The position numbers were made by a program, and so were the translations under genes. Below, one piece after another: positions 29,001 to 39,170 of a DNA stretch of 64,000 bases (the stretch's first letter is position 1; each line of letters begins with the position of its first letter). The notes beneath the pieces were generated by a model. It was given only the letters and a program-made list of their open reading frames with translations, was not told the DNA's origin and searched no databases. The stretch comes from Trueperaceae bacterium (GTDB lineage: Bacteria > Deinococcota > Deinococci > Deinococcales > Trueperaceae). The DNA is taken from NCBI GenBank assembly GCA_965214405.1, contig OZ243956.1, forward strand, positions 1,632,001-1,696,000. Reading direction: 5' to 3'.

Positions 29001-30134
29001 TCAGGGAAGGTAGAACTCTTCGTTGTTGTAGATAACCCGCATCAAGCGCGCCGGGGCGTTGATGAGCTCGAGCAGCCTCCTACTCTGCCGCTCATGAGCT
29101 TTGGCGCTAGAATGGATAAACAAGAAGTGACCATTGCTAAGTTCTCTATACGCGCTGACCTCGTAAACATCCCCGTTAGCTTTGGTGCGCTCATTTACGT
29201 CACAGTTAACAAGTCCTGTTGACTTTAGTAACGGCTCCTTGTCCAACATTAGGAGGGTTTCGGCGATTCCGCAGGTCACGTCGCGCCAGGAAGACGCCTC
29301 TACCTCGTCATCCCCGACCCAGACTTTTATGTCGGAAGGCGCACCTTTTCTTTTGAGCGGTTTTGTGGAGGCTATGCCCGCCTTTAGCGCCTCGGTTAAA
29401 TCCGCTGATTCTTTTGAAAGAGGTTGAGGGGATGGCGGGGTGTCGCCGGGAGCGCCCAAGAGTTTTCTGCTTAGCTCGAGCAAAGACTCGAGCGCCAGCT
29501 CTTTTTCGTTGGGCTCGAGCGTTAGCTGGATGGCTTTTTTAAGGCCCGCCTCGTCCTGGGTAAAGCCTTCTAGGAGTTCGCGCTCGAGTTTCTGGGCTAT
29601 CTCGCTCAGCTTTGTCCGCTTTCTGATGTCGCTGGCAACCTCGTCTACTTTGATTGCGAGAACGTCGTCCGCGTTTTCGGGTTCCCAAGCGGAACGCGCG
29701 AGTAATTTGGCGAGGTAATTTGCAGCCTCGGGTTTTTGGATGTCAATGGTAGTCGCAAGCTTTTCGGCGGCGGGTTTAGAGATTTGATTGTCGAAAAAGT
29801 GCCACGCCTTGCCGTTTGTGAGGACGGCCCAGCGCCTGCCTTGCGCGTTGACGTAATTGACAGACTGTGCTTGGTCACCCGCCGAAAACTCTTTATTAAG
29901 CGCCTTGACCTCGATGATAAACCTTATTCTGTCGGCGAGGTTGACCGTGAAGTCCGGGTAATAGCCGTGGTTCGCGTTCTGCGGCACCACTTCATAAGGA
30001 TTAAAAATATCGTAGCCGAGCGCCTGAAGAACGGGTAAGACGATGGCCTGAGAGGTCTGCGCCTCGTTCAGACCTCTCTCCGACCAGTCCTGAAGGTTCT
30101 CGCCAAGCCGTCGCAATGTTGCTTTAACAGACAC
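29001..30134 (-). CDS. Type I restriction enzyme HsdR N-terminal (PD-(D/E)xK) domain protein with extra C-terminal domain
   Basis: NEAQT...P.L.ALGYD...EV.P, PDF...IIEVK, Q...Y, LTNG..W; start uncertain (30134 or 30215). Confidence 0.75.
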   Translation of the reverse strand: MSVKATLRRLGENLQDWSERGLNEAQTSQAIVLPVLQALGYDIFNPYEVVPQNANHGYYPDFTVNLADRIRFIIEVKALNKEFSAGDQAQSVNYVNAQGRRWAVLTNGKAWHFFDNQISKPAAEKLATTIDIQKPEAANYLAKLLARSAWEPENADDVLAIKVDEVASDIRKRTKLSEIAQKLERELLEGFTQDEAGLKKAIQLTLEPNEKELALESLLELSRKLLGAPGDTPPSPQPLSKESADLTEALKAGIASTKPLKRKGAPSDIKVWVGDDEVEASSWRDVTCGIAETLLMLDKEPLLKSTGLVNCDVNERTKANGDVYEVSAYRELSNGHFLFIHSSAKAHERQSRRLLELINAPARLMRVIYNNEEFYLP

Positions 30135-30244
30135 CTTGAAGAGTTTAACATCTGTGACGCGTTTCTCATAAGAGACGTGCTTCTCATAAAAGTGTTGCTT
30201 CAGATAGGGCAGCATCCTCGAAACAAAACCCGTTATAGTACCGC

Positions 30245-31261
30245 ATGACCTACCGCAACCTCGGCAGCAGCGGCCTAGAACTTTTCCCCCTCGCGCTCGG
30301 CACCATGCAGTTCGGCTGGACGGCGGACGAGGCGACCTCGTTTGGCGTCATGGACGCCTTTGTGGAGGCGGGGGGCAATCTTATCGACACGGCGGACATA
30401 TACAGCATGTGGGCACCCGACAACCCCGGCGGCGTGTCCGAAGAAATCATCGGGCGCTGGTTGAAAGCGAGGGGCAACCGCGACCGGGTGCTCGTCGCCA
30501 CCAAGGTGCGCGGCGCGATGGGCGCGAACGGCGCGGAGGGCCGCGAGCATCCCTTGCAGCGTGAAGGTTTGTCCCGGCGCTGGATTATGCAGGCTTGCGA
30601 GGACTCGCTAAGGCGTTTACAGGTTGACCACATCGACCTCTACCAGGTCCACTGGATAGACCCGAAGACGCCCATCGAAGAAACGCTGTCCGCCTTGACC
30701 GACCTCGTGCGCAAGGGGTATGTGCGTTATCTGGGCTGCTCGAACTTCTCGGCCTGGCGGCTCATGCAGGCGCTGTGGGCGAGTGATAGGCACGGTTATG
30801 AAAAGTTTATGTCAATCCAGCCCGAGTACAGCCTTACCCAGCCCACCAGGGCCGAGTTCGAGCGCGAGCTGGCTCCCGTCTGCGAGGCGTACGGCGTCGG
30901 CGTGCTGCCGTACAGCCCACTCGCGGGCGGCTTTTTGACGGGCAAGTATGAACGTAACGCGGCGCTGCCCGACAGCAAGCGGGCCGAGGGCATCGCCAAC
31001 AAACGGTTTACGGAACAGAATTGGGCGATTTTGGACGAGGTGCGCAGGGTTGTCGGGGCGCACGGCGCGCACCCGGCGCAGGTCGCGCTCGCTTGGCTCC
31101 TTGCTAAACCCTACATGAGCGCGCCCATCATCGGGGCGAACAGCGTGGCGCAGCTTCAAGACCTCCTGCCCGCGGCGACGCTCGAGCTCTCCCCCGAGGA
31201 GGTCGCGGCGCTCGATGAAGTTTCGGACTGGGAGCGCTCGAGGACCGAGCAAGAAGTTTAG
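30245..31261 (+). CDS. Aldo/keto reductase
   Basis: LGTMQFG, DTADIY, ATK, IDLYQVH, YSPLAGG. Confidence 0.93.
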   Translation: MTYRNLGSSGLELFPLALGTMQFGWTADEATSFGVMDAFVEAGGNLIDTADIYSMWAPDNPGGVSEEIIGRWLKARGNRDRVLVATKVRGAMGANGAEGREHPLQREGLSRRWIMQACEDSLRRLQVDHIDLYQVHWIDPKTPIEETLSALTDLVRKGYVRYLGCSNFSAWRLMQALWASDRHGYEKFMSIQPEYSLTQPTRAEFERELAPVCEAYGVGVLPYSPLAGGFLTGKYERNAALPDSKRAEGIANKRFTEQNWAILDEVRRVVGAHGAHPAQVALAWLLAKPYMSAPIIGANSVAQLQDLLPAATLELSPEEVAALDEVSDWERSRTEQEV

Positions 31262-31318
31262 CGGTCGCGTTCACGGCTAAGGCTACACTGAGACTGGCTC
31301 CCAGTCAGGCCCTAAGAA

Positions 31319-33859
31319 ATGAGGGGAAACGTGGACACAAAAGATGAAAAGACCAGAAAAGGTTACGACCCCACCAAGGCGAGCCGTTCCGAGGCGGTGG
31401 GCGCGCCCGACCATTATGAGGCGAAAGAAAATTTTGAGGGGGTGAGCGATACCACACCTGACCGCCCTCACAAAGAGGCGACGCGGGTCAAGGCGCAGCC
31501 GCCGGGCGCGTTTACCGGGCTCAAACGAACCGCGGTCAAACACCTTGCCGCCGGGCTGCCTGCGGTCTTCTCGAGCGCCAAACATGCTTTCGACGAGACC
31601 GGCCCCGTGCGCGGCGTCCGGATGCTCACCACCATGAACCAGCATGACGGCTTCGACTGCTCCTCCTGCGCCTGGCCCGACCCGGACGAGGGGCGCTCCG
31701 TCGCGGAGTTCTGCGAGAACGGCGCCAAGGCTGTTTTGGACGAGGGCACGAAGCGCCGCGTCACGCCCGAGTTTTTTAGGAAACACTCGGTCGAGGAGCT
31801 TGCCAAACGCTCCGACTACTGGCTCAACAGCCAGGGCCGCCTCACCCATCCGATGATTCTTCGTAAGGGGGCCACGCACTACGAGCCGATAAGCTGGGCT
31901 GAAGCGTTTGACAAGGTTGCGAAAGGGCTTAATGCCTTGGAATCTCCCGACGAGGCCGTGTTCTACACCTCCGGGCGCACCTCGAACGAGGCAGCCTTTT
32001 TGTATCAACTCTTCGTCCGCCTCTACGGCACCAACAACCTGCCCGACTGCTCGAACATGTGCCATGAATCGTCGGGCACGGCGCTGTCGGAAACCTTGGG
32101 CCTGGGCAAGGGCTCGGTCACGCTGAACGACTTTTACGAAACCGACCTCATCGTGATTATCGGCCAGAACCCCGGCACCAACCACCCGCGCATGTTGAGC
32201 GCCCTGGAGCGAGGCAAAAAGAACGGCGCAAAAATCGTCTCCATCAACCCGCTGCCCGAGGCGGGGCTGATGGCCTTTAAGAACCCGCAGGACTTCATGA
32301 ACCCGCTCAAGGCCGTCCCGACCCTCTTCGGCCCCGGCACGCAGCTCTCCGACCTCTTTTTGCCCGTGCGCATCGGCGGGGACGTGCCGCTCCTCAAGGG
32401 CGTTATGAAAGAGCTTTTGGCGGAGGAAGAGAAGCGTCCGGGCGAGGTGTTCGACCACAAGTTTATCGAGGAGAAAACGGAAGGGTTCGACACCTTTTTG
32501 GACGACCTGCGCGCCGAGAGCTGGGACAAAATCGTCCAGGAGAGCGGCATCACCCGCGAGGGCATCCGCGCCGCGGCTGAACTCGTCATGGGAAATAAGC
32601 GCATGATTATCTGCTGGGCGATGGGCTTGACGCAGCACAAAAACGCGGTGGGCGCGATTCAGGAAGTTGTCAATTTACTCCTCTTGCGCGGCTCCATCGG
32701 CAAACCCGGCGCGGGCACCTGCCCGGTGCGCGGGCACTCAAACGTGCAGGGCGACAGGACGATGGGGATTTGGGAGCGACCCAAGGAGGGTTTCTTGGAC
32801 GCGCTCGCTCAAGAATTTGACTTTGAACCCCCTCGAGCGCACGGCTACGACACCGTCGAAGCCATCAAGGCAATGTTTGAGGGCAAAGCCAAGGTCTTCT
32901 TTGCGATGGGCGGCAACTTCTTGTCCGCCACGCCTGACACCGAATACACTGCGGAGGCCCTGGAGCGTTGCCGCTTGACCGTCCACGTCTCGACCAAGCC
33001 CAACCGCGCGCACCTCGTCCACGGCGACGAGGCGCTGATTCTCCCCTGCTTAGTCCGCAGCGAGGTCGATGTGCAGGCGGCGGGGCCGCAGTTCGTCTCG
33101 GTCGAGAATTCGATGGGCGTCGTTCACGACTCGCAGGGCATCCTGCCGCCCGCGTCCGAGCACCTTTTAAGCGAACCCGCCATCGTCGCGGGACTTGCCA
33201 AGGCGACCCTGGGCGCGCGTTCGGCGGTGGATTGGGACGGTCTTGTCGCCGACTACGGGCGCATCCGCGACGCTATCGAGAGGACCATCCCCGGTTTTGA
33301 CGATTACAATGCGAGGGTCCGCGGCGCGGGCTTCTATTTGCCCAACGGGCCGCGCGAGGGGGAGTTCACCACCGACACGGGCAAGGCGAAGTTTACCGTG
33401 CATGAGATTCCGGAGAGTAGCCTCGAGCCCGACCAGTTCGTGATGATGACCATCCGCTCGCACGACCAGTTCAACACGGTTGTCTACGGCTTAGATGATC
33501 GCTACCGCGGCATCAAGGGCGAGCGCCGCGTCGTTCTGATGAACCCGGAAGACATGAACGAAATGGGCGTCAAAGACGGCGACGTGCTCGACTTGACGAG
33601 CCACTTCGAAGGCGAAGAGCGCGTGGCAAAACGTTTTATCGCGCTGCCCTACGCCATCCCGCGCCGCTGCACCGCGACCTACTTCCCCGAGGCCAACGTG
33701 CTCGTGCCCATCGGCAGCGTGGCCGAGGGGAGCAATACGCCGGTCTCGAAGTACGTCGTGATTACCGTAGCGCCGTCGGCCTCTTCTGAAGTGTTCGACT
33801 ACAACTTCAAGGACGGGCGGCAAGAGGAGCGCGCATCTACCGCTCGAGCACAAACCTAA
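31319..33859 (+). CDS. FdhF/YdeP family molybdopterin oxidoreductase
   Basis: GFDCSSCAWPD, FCENGAKA, PDCSNMCHE, RGHSNVQG, RSHDQFNT. Confidence 0.93.
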   Translation: MRGNVDTKDEKTRKGYDPTKASRSEAVGAPDHYEAKENFEGVSDTTPDRPHKEATRVKAQPPGAFTGLKRTAVKHLAAGLPAVFSSAKHAFDETGPVRGVRMLTTMNQHDGFDCSSCAWPDPDEGRSVAEFCENGAKAVLDEGTKRRVTPEFFRKHSVEELAKRSDYWLNSQGRLTHPMILRKGATHYEPISWAEAFDKVAKGLNALESPDEAVFYTSGRTSNEAAFLYQLFVRLYGTNNLPDCSNMCHESSGTALSETLGLGKGSVTLNDFYETDLIVIIGQNPGTNHPRMLSALERGKKNGAKIVSINPLPEAGLMAFKNPQDFMNPLKAVPTLFGPGTQLSDLFLPVRIGGDVPLLKGVMKELLAEEEKRPGEVFDHKFIEEKTEGFDTFLDDLRAESWDKIVQESGITREGIRAAAELVMGNKRMIICWAMGLTQHKNAVGAIQEVVNLLLLRGSIGKPGAGTCPVRGHSNVQGDRTMGIWERPKEGFLDALAQEFDFEPPRAHGYDTVEAIKAMFEGKAKVFFAMGGNFLSATPDTEYTAEALERCRLTVHVSTKPNRAHLVHGDEALILPCLVRSEVDVQAAGPQFVSVENSMGVVHDSQGILPPASEHLLSEPAIVAGLAKATLGARSAVDWDGLVADYGRIRDAIERTIPGFDDYNARVRGAGFYLPNGPREGEFTTDTGKAKFTVHEIPESSLEPDQFVMMTIRSHDQFNTVVYGLDDRYRGIKGERRVVLMNPEDMNEMGVKDGDVLDLTSHFEGEERVAKRFIALPYAIPRRCTATYFPEANVLVPIGSVAEGSNTPVSKYVVITVAPSASSEVFDYNFKDGRQEERASTARAQT

Positions 33860-33888
33860 GCGGTAAGCGTAACCCAAAAAACTGTCTT

Positions 33889-34131
33889 TTACGGCTGCGG
33901 ATTTTGCCCCGCCACCCAACGCCCGTCCTCGCCTCCCGTCCAATAATGCTCGCCGCCGGGGTAGCTTTGGAGCGTCTCGAGCACCCGCTCCAGCGGGATG
34001 CGGTAGGCGAAGCGCGTTTTTAGGTACCAGGGCTCGAGCCCCACCCTCACCCCTTCCCTCTCTAAACCCAAGCGCCTTGAATAAACAAGCGCGCGGTTTA
34101 CGGCCAGGTCAAAAAGGGGCGCGTGGGCCAT
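33889..34131 (-). CDS. Small hypothetical protein
   Basis: 80-aa ORF with host-like codons (WYLKTRFAYRIPL). Confidence 0.55.
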   Translation of the reverse strand: MAHAPLFDLAVNRALVYSRRLGLEREGVRVGLEPWYLKTRFAYRIPLERVLETLQSYPGGEHYWTGGEDGRWVAGQNPQP

Positions 34132-34176
34132 ACATTTTCATACCAGATTGGGAAAGGCAAGAGCTATACTCGGCGG

Positions 34177-34551
34177 GTGCTCACTGCTCTCAAGCACCGC
34201 GCCAAGGCGCTAAAACAGGAGGTGCTGGCGCTCTCTTTCGCCTATCGTCATCCCCAAACACCTTGGGTTGCCAGACTTGTGGTCGCGGGCGTGGTCGCCT
34301 ATGCGCTCTCGCCCATTGACCTCATTCCCGACTTTATCCCCGTGCTGGGGCTTCTGGACGACCTCATCTTGTTGCCCGCCGGGATCGCGCTGGCGCTGCG
34401 GCTCATCCCGGCTTCTGTCATGGCCGAGAGCCGAGAGCAGGCGGCGGGGGCGGAGAAGTCACAGAGTTGGTTTGGGGCCGGGGTGGTTTTCGCCGTCTGG
34501 CTACTGGTGCTGTGGCTGCTGTGGCGTTTGGTCCGTAGACTCTTCCTGTAA
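34177..34551 (+). CDS. DUF1232/YkvA family membrane protein
   Basis: YALSPIDLIPDFIPVLGLLDD. Confidence 0.9.
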   Translation: MLTALKHRAKALKQEVLALSFAYRHPQTPWVARLVVAGVVAYALSPIDLIPDFIPVLGLLDDLILLPAGIALALRLIPASVMAESREQAAGAEKSQSWFGAGVVFAVWLLVLWLLWRLVRRLFL

Positions 34552-34553
34552 CG

Positions 34554-35234
34554 TCAGCCCATTCGCTCACCGGGGGCGGGCGTGCCCGCGACGAACTGCG
34601 CCGCCTCGCCGGAGAGGTGGTCGCACGCGGCCCAGCGAACAAGCGTGAGGTGGGGCTCGCCGTTTTGAAGCGTGGCGTCAAGTTCGCTCACTGCACAATT
34701 GTGGTGGGCGGCGCTGCGCAGGGTGTTGACATCTACGCCGTTGCATAAACTTTTGAGCGGGAGAGTCAGGCTGCCGCCGTGGGCGACGATGACCAGCGTT
34801 TGCCCGTCCCGGTCTCGTAATACTTCCTTGTAGCCCTCTCGCACCCGCTCGAGCAACCCCTCATAACTCTCCCCTTCAGGAAAACGCGAATGATGCTCAC
34901 CTTCCCACCAACCCCGGACGATGTCGTTGTGGAGGAGCCAGTTTTCCGGCGTGGGCAGCTCCCTTTCCAAGCGTCCCACGTCCACCTCGCGGAAGGACTC
35001 GAGCACGCTCAACGGTGCCCCCGTCGCCGTAGCGATGGCCTCAGCGGTTTCGCGGGCGCGTTTGAGAGGGGAGGAAAACACGTGATGGACACCCTTGTCC
35101 AAGAAATAAGTGGCAGTCCCCCGCGCTTGCAGCACCCCCTTGGGTGTCAGCGAGTAGTCCACCAGCCGGTGCGAAAACTCCTTGGTGAGGTTCGCCCGGT
35201 TCTCGCCGTGCCGGACCAGAAAAAGCCGTGTCAT
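34554..35234 (-). CDS. Histidine phosphatase family protein
   Basis: RHGE, SSPLKRARETA, VAHGG. Confidence 0.9.
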   Translation of the reverse strand: MTRLFLVRHGENRANLTKEFSHRLVDYSLTPKGVLQARGTATYFLDKGVHHVFSSPLKRARETAEAIATATGAPLSVLESFREVDVGRLERELPTPENWLLHNDIVRGWWEGEHHSRFPEGESYEGLLERVREGYKEVLRDRDGQTLVIVAHGGSLTLPLKSLCNGVDVNTLRSAAHHNCAVSELDATLQNGEPHLTLVRWAACDHLSGEAAQFVAGTPAPGERMG

Positions 35235-35238
35235 GCTC

Positions 35239-36327
35239 TTAACCCCGCCCCCGCGCCTCATATCCCGCCTCGGTGAGCGCGCGCGTGCCCTCTCTGAGCT
35301 GCGCCTCGTCGTTAAAGGCGAGCCGCACCGCGCCCCCCGCCTCGCGGATGCCCAGGACCTCGATGTCTCTAATGTTGACGCCCGCCTCGCCCAAGGCTCT
35401 GGTGATTTTGGCGAGTTCGCCCGGCCTGTCGGGCACCGCAATCACGACCTCGAAGCGGGCGGGCAACAGCGAGCGCCGGACGATGGGGAAGGAGTCGCGG
35501 CTCCGTTTGGCGGTCTCGGCGTGCTCGAGCAGCCTCTCAGGCTCCTCCAACGCCCCCTCTAACACATCAAGCTGATGCCGAAGCCCGGCCAACGCCTCCC
35601 GCACCGCCGCCTTGTTGCCCGCCACCATGTCCCGGCTCATGCGCGGGCTCCCCGACGCCACGCGGGTAAGGTCACGAAAGCCCCCCGCCGCGAGCAGCAT
35701 CATCGGGTCGCGGTCCTGGTCCCCCGCCACGAGCCGCGTGAGCGCCACCGCGGTGAGGTAGGGCACGTGGCTCACCGCGGCCACCAGGCGGTCGTGCTGC
35801 TCGGGGCTCGTCTGGATGGGCCGCGCGCCCAAGTGCTCGACAAAGGCGCGTACTTTTTCCAGCGCCTCCGGGTCCGTCGTCTCGTCCGGGGTGAGGACCC
35901 ACACGGCGTTTTCTAGAAGCGCCGCGTCGGCGTTCTGCACCCCCACGCGCTCGCTGCCCGCCATCGGGTGACCCCCGACGAAGCGGAGGCCGACGAGCGA
36001 CTTTACGACGCTCTCTTTCACGCCGCCCACGTCGGTGATGATGGTTTGCTCGTTCAGAAAAGGTTTCAAGCTTTCAGCGGAGGCCACGAGCGTTTGCGCG
36101 GGCGAGGCGAGCACGACGAGGTCTGCGCTTTCCAACCACGGACCGGGCCGGAGCTGCGCCTCGTCAATGACGCCCATGCCGACGGCGGCCTCCAAGGCCA
36201 CCGGGTCTAAATCAAACCCGACAACTCGGTCGGCTAAAAAACGCTGCCGCACGCCCAGCCCAACGGAGCCGCCAATTAGCCCGACGCCCGCGATAACGAT
36301 GGTGTTGAAAAGTGGAGAGGGTCGCAT
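35239..36327 (-). CDS. tyrA: Prephenate dehydrogenase with ACT domain
   Basis: GVGLIGGS, GGHPMAGSE, HD...A.VSH.P, GGFRDLTRVA, C-terminal ACT (PDRPGEL). Confidence 0.92.
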   Translation of the reverse strand: MRPSPLFNTIVIAGVGLIGGSVGLGVRQRFLADRVVGFDLDPVALEAAVGMGVIDEAQLRPGPWLESADLVVLASPAQTLVASAESLKPFLNEQTIITDVGGVKESVVKSLVGLRFVGGHPMAGSERVGVQNADAALLENAVWVLTPDETTDPEALEKVRAFVEHLGARPIQTSPEQHDRLVAAVSHVPYLTAVALTRLVAGDQDRDPMMLLAAGGFRDLTRVASGSPRMSRDMVAGNKAAVREALAGLRHQLDVLEGALEEPERLLEHAETAKRSRDSFPIVRRSLLPARFEVVIAVPDRPGELAKITRALGEAGVNIRDIEVLGIREAGGAVRLAFNDEAQLREGTRALTEAGYEARGRG

Positions 36328-36614
36328 AAAAGATAGTGAGGCGGGGCCGTCTCGGCTCCCAATCCAAAGTTTAACTTACAACGTTTGGCCGGATACGCCA
36401 AGGGTGACGCGAATGATGCGACTGTGAAAATTCGTCCTCAACAGGGTCGAGTGACCCTACGAGATGATGAAAACAAGGGGATGTGACCGCCTCGAGCCCC
36501 ACCCCCCCAACCCGTGCTAACGTCTAATGAATCAGACGCTGCACCAGACGAAAAAGTTGCCGGTCTCCCGAGCGCCAAAAGAAGTTTGAACCGCTAGTAA
36601 AGATTTTCACGCCC

Positions 36615-37568
36615 TTGACCCCATCCTCTACCCACCACTACAGCTTCCACGGCGTAACTATAAGTGTTTGCGCCAACGACGAAGGCCTGTTAGGGGCGTT
36701 GCGGGCGCGGCTCGAGCCCTTCGCCACCCCTCCCAAAACACCCACTCTCACCTTCGCCTTTACTTGCGTCACGGAGCATCACCGGGTGCAGAAGCCTTCC
36801 GGCCCCTCTCGGCCCGTTTACGACGCGCCGGAAGGTGACGTGCTCTATTTTGAGGGTGCTGAGGGTGGTGCGCTTTACATCGATGTGTGCGGACGGGTGC
36901 GGGTCCTATGCAAATCCTTGGGCGGTCACACAGAGGTTTCTTACCTGCCCTCACAGCGGGACAACCTCTGGCTTCTGTCGCGCCCCATGTTCACGCTGCC
37001 CTTTATCGAAACGCTCAAACGCCGCGGGCTCTACAACCTGCACGCCGCCGGACTCTGTAAAGGAAAACGGGCGCTGCTCTTGCCGGGCTCGAGCGGCTCC
37101 GGCAAATCCACTCTTACACTCGCGCTGCTCCGCGCCGGGTGGGGGTTGATGAGCGACGACATGGTGTTTTTGAAAGGAGGCTCGCGTGTGCTCGCTTTTC
37201 CCGACGAGATTGATTTCACCGAGAGAACGGCGCACCTGCTCGAGCTTTCACCCCAACGCAAACTTTCCGGCGGGGAGAAATATCAACTTTCCGCGGGAAC
37301 GTTAGGGGCGGGCGTCATCCTGGAGAGCGAACCGGCGGCGCTCGTTTTTCCGCGTATTGCCCACACCGAGAAGAGCACGCTGCACCCTGTAACGCGAGAC
37401 GAGGCGCTGCTCGAGCTCCTCCCCAACGTCTTGCTCACCGAAGCGAAGGCGTCGCAGGCCCACGTGGACGCGTTAGGGGCGCTCGTCGCGGCGTGCCCCG
37501 CTTACCGTTTAGAGACCGGGCGCGATTTTGAACGGCTGCCCACGCTGCTCGAGCAACTTATAACGTGA
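36615..37568 (+). CDS. HPr-kinase-like P-loop kinase (lasso-cluster-type peptide kinase)
   Basis: LHAAG...GSSGSGKST...SDD motif set; stop overlaps the next start (GTGA). Confidence 0.8.
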   Translation: MTPSSTHHYSFHGVTISVCANDEGLLGALRARLEPFATPPKTPTLTFAFTCVTEHHRVQKPSGPSRPVYDAPEGDVLYFEGAEGGALYIDVCGRVRVLCKSLGGHTEVSYLPSQRDNLWLLSRPMFTLPFIETLKRRGLYNLHAAGLCKGKRALLLPGSSGSGKSTLTLALLRAGWGLMSDDMVFLKGGSRVLAFPDEIDFTERTAHLLELSPQRKLSGGEKYQLSAGTLGAGVILESEPAALVFPRIAHTEKSTLHPVTRDEALLELLPNVLLTEAKASQAHVDALGALVAACPAYRLETGRDFERLPTLLEQLIT

Positions 37569-38689
37569 AGCAGGTTGTGATGCAGACACCCATCCTTGAC
37601 ACTCCCGCGTTTATTCGCAACGCCACCTTCCGTCCCGAAGAAACGCTGCTCATCCTCGGTGCGCGTACCCGTTTGGACGAGGCGAGCGCCGCGCATGTGA
37701 ACGCGCTCTTGCATGAAGACTTAGATTGGGACTACCTGCTCCGCATGGCCTTTCAGCACTCCGTCGTGCCGCTTCTTCACAAAACCCTCCTGCCCGCCTA
37801 TAAGGACCTCCTGCCCAAACCCTTTGCAGACGAACTCCGCGCCTACTTCCACGGCAACGCGCTACGCAACATGGTCTTGACGCGCGAACTGTTGGCGCTT
37901 GTGGGCGGGCTCGAGACCCTCGGCGTCCCCTCTCTGCCGTTCAAGGGTCCCGCGCTGGCCGTGACGGCCTACGGCGACCTGTCGCTGCGCCAGTTCGGCG
38001 ATTTGGACCTGCTCGTTCAAAAGGAGCATCTGGAGAAAGCGGAGGCGTTTTTGTATGGCAGGGGCTACCGCTCGAGAGAAACGCACGGTAACGCGCTTCT
38101 CAAACGTGCGCGCGTCTTCTTGCGCGGCTACCACCTCAAGTTGGAAAAGGGGGACGGGCAAGTGTTGCTCGAGCCCCACTGGCACGTCGAGGGGCGGCAT
38201 CTCGGGTTTCGCTTTGACATAGAAGATTTGTGGCGTCGTCTTCAGAGGGTGGAGTTAGGAGGCCGCGAGGTGAACGCCATACCGCCCGAAGACCTGCTCC
38301 TCATCCTTTGCGTTCACGGCTCGAGGCACCTGTGGCGGCGCTTGTCCTGGATGGCGGATGTGGCCGAACTCGTGCGCCAAACCGAATTTGATTGGGGCCG
38401 GGTTTTGGAAGAGGCCGAAAAGACGAGGAGCCGCCGGATGCTCTTTTTGGGCCTCCTGCTCGCGCAAGGCGTGCTCGGCGCGGCGCTCCCGCCGGACGTG
38501 ACGGCGCGGGCGCAAGCCGACCCCGTGCGCGACCTCGTCCCCGGTATTCTTCGCGGCCTCTTCGCGCCGCCCGAGCCGACGCCGGAAGGCGAGAAGTACG
38601 CGTTTTACCTCCGGCTGCACGACCGCCCGCGCGACAAGGGCTTGCTTTATCTCTACTACTACACCCGCTGGCTGCCGGTGCGGTTGTAA
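37565..38689 (+). CDS. Nucleotidyltransferase family protein (NTP_transf_5, lasso-cluster-associated)
   Basis: FKGPALA...YGD..LRQFGDLDLLV, EPHW, LCVHGSRH.W.RL.W..D. Confidence 0.85.
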   Translation: MKQVVMQTPILDTPAFIRNATFRPEETLLILGARTRLDEASAAHVNALLHEDLDWDYLLRMAFQHSVVPLLHKTLLPAYKDLLPKPFADELRAYFHGNALRNMVLTRELLALVGGLETLGVPSLPFKGPALAVTAYGDLSLRQFGDLDLLVQKEHLEKAEAFLYGRGYRSRETHGNALLKRARVFLRGYHLKLEKGDGQVLLEPHWHVEGRHLGFRFDIEDLWRRLQRVELGGREVNAIPPEDLLLILCVHGSRHLWRRLSWMADVAELVRQTEFDWGRVLEEAEKTRSRRMLFLGLLLAQGVLGAALPPDVTARAQADPVRDLVPGILRGLFAPPEPTPEGEKYAFYLRLHDRPRDKGLLYLYYYTRWLPVRL

Positions 38690-39170
38690 GCCCTCTTCTG
38701 TGAGATATTTTGAGGCGCGCTTGGGCTCGAGCCCTCCCACACCGAGTTTTTACACACCGAGTTTTTACATCATGTCCTTGTTGAGATGGTTGCGCCGTTT
38801 CCTAAAAGGCGCGCGAGGCGGGGCCTTAAAAATTACGTTTGAGAAAAGTCACACCCTCAAAAGTACGAAATTTCATAGACAGCAACATCCAAAGTTGAAC
38901 CGCGCGTGTAAGGCTTTCACAAGGGCCTTATGCCGAACCAGCCAGCGCCATACAAAGAGGATAGTGCCGCGCGGCTCTGTATGTGGCTACTGCGCACGCC
39001 GTCAGCCGCAGCGTCACAGAGAGCGTCAAGTGGCGCGACGTGCGCGTTAGCGAGGGGGTCCATCCGCCAAGGAGGTGAGACGCGGTTACAGGTTTGGGGA
39101 GTGCATCAGACGTTTTGGGAAGTCGATCGTCAGTCGGAAACTTAAAGAAAGTTTAGAGAGAAAGGAAACT

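Noticed and set aside
31283..32638. Long antisense ORFs (also 7175-8185, 17568-18440, 49159-50085)
   Set aside because: Shadow frames of well-supported genes in GC-rich DNA.
36527..36589. Small ORF MNQTLHQTKKLPVSRAPKEV upstream of the kinase
   Set aside because: No RBS or leader motif; probably chance.
38700..39145. ORFs 38700-39050 and 38930-39145 as extra RiPP precursors
   Set aside because: No YxxPxL/G/T leader pattern and atypical composition; more likely promoter region.
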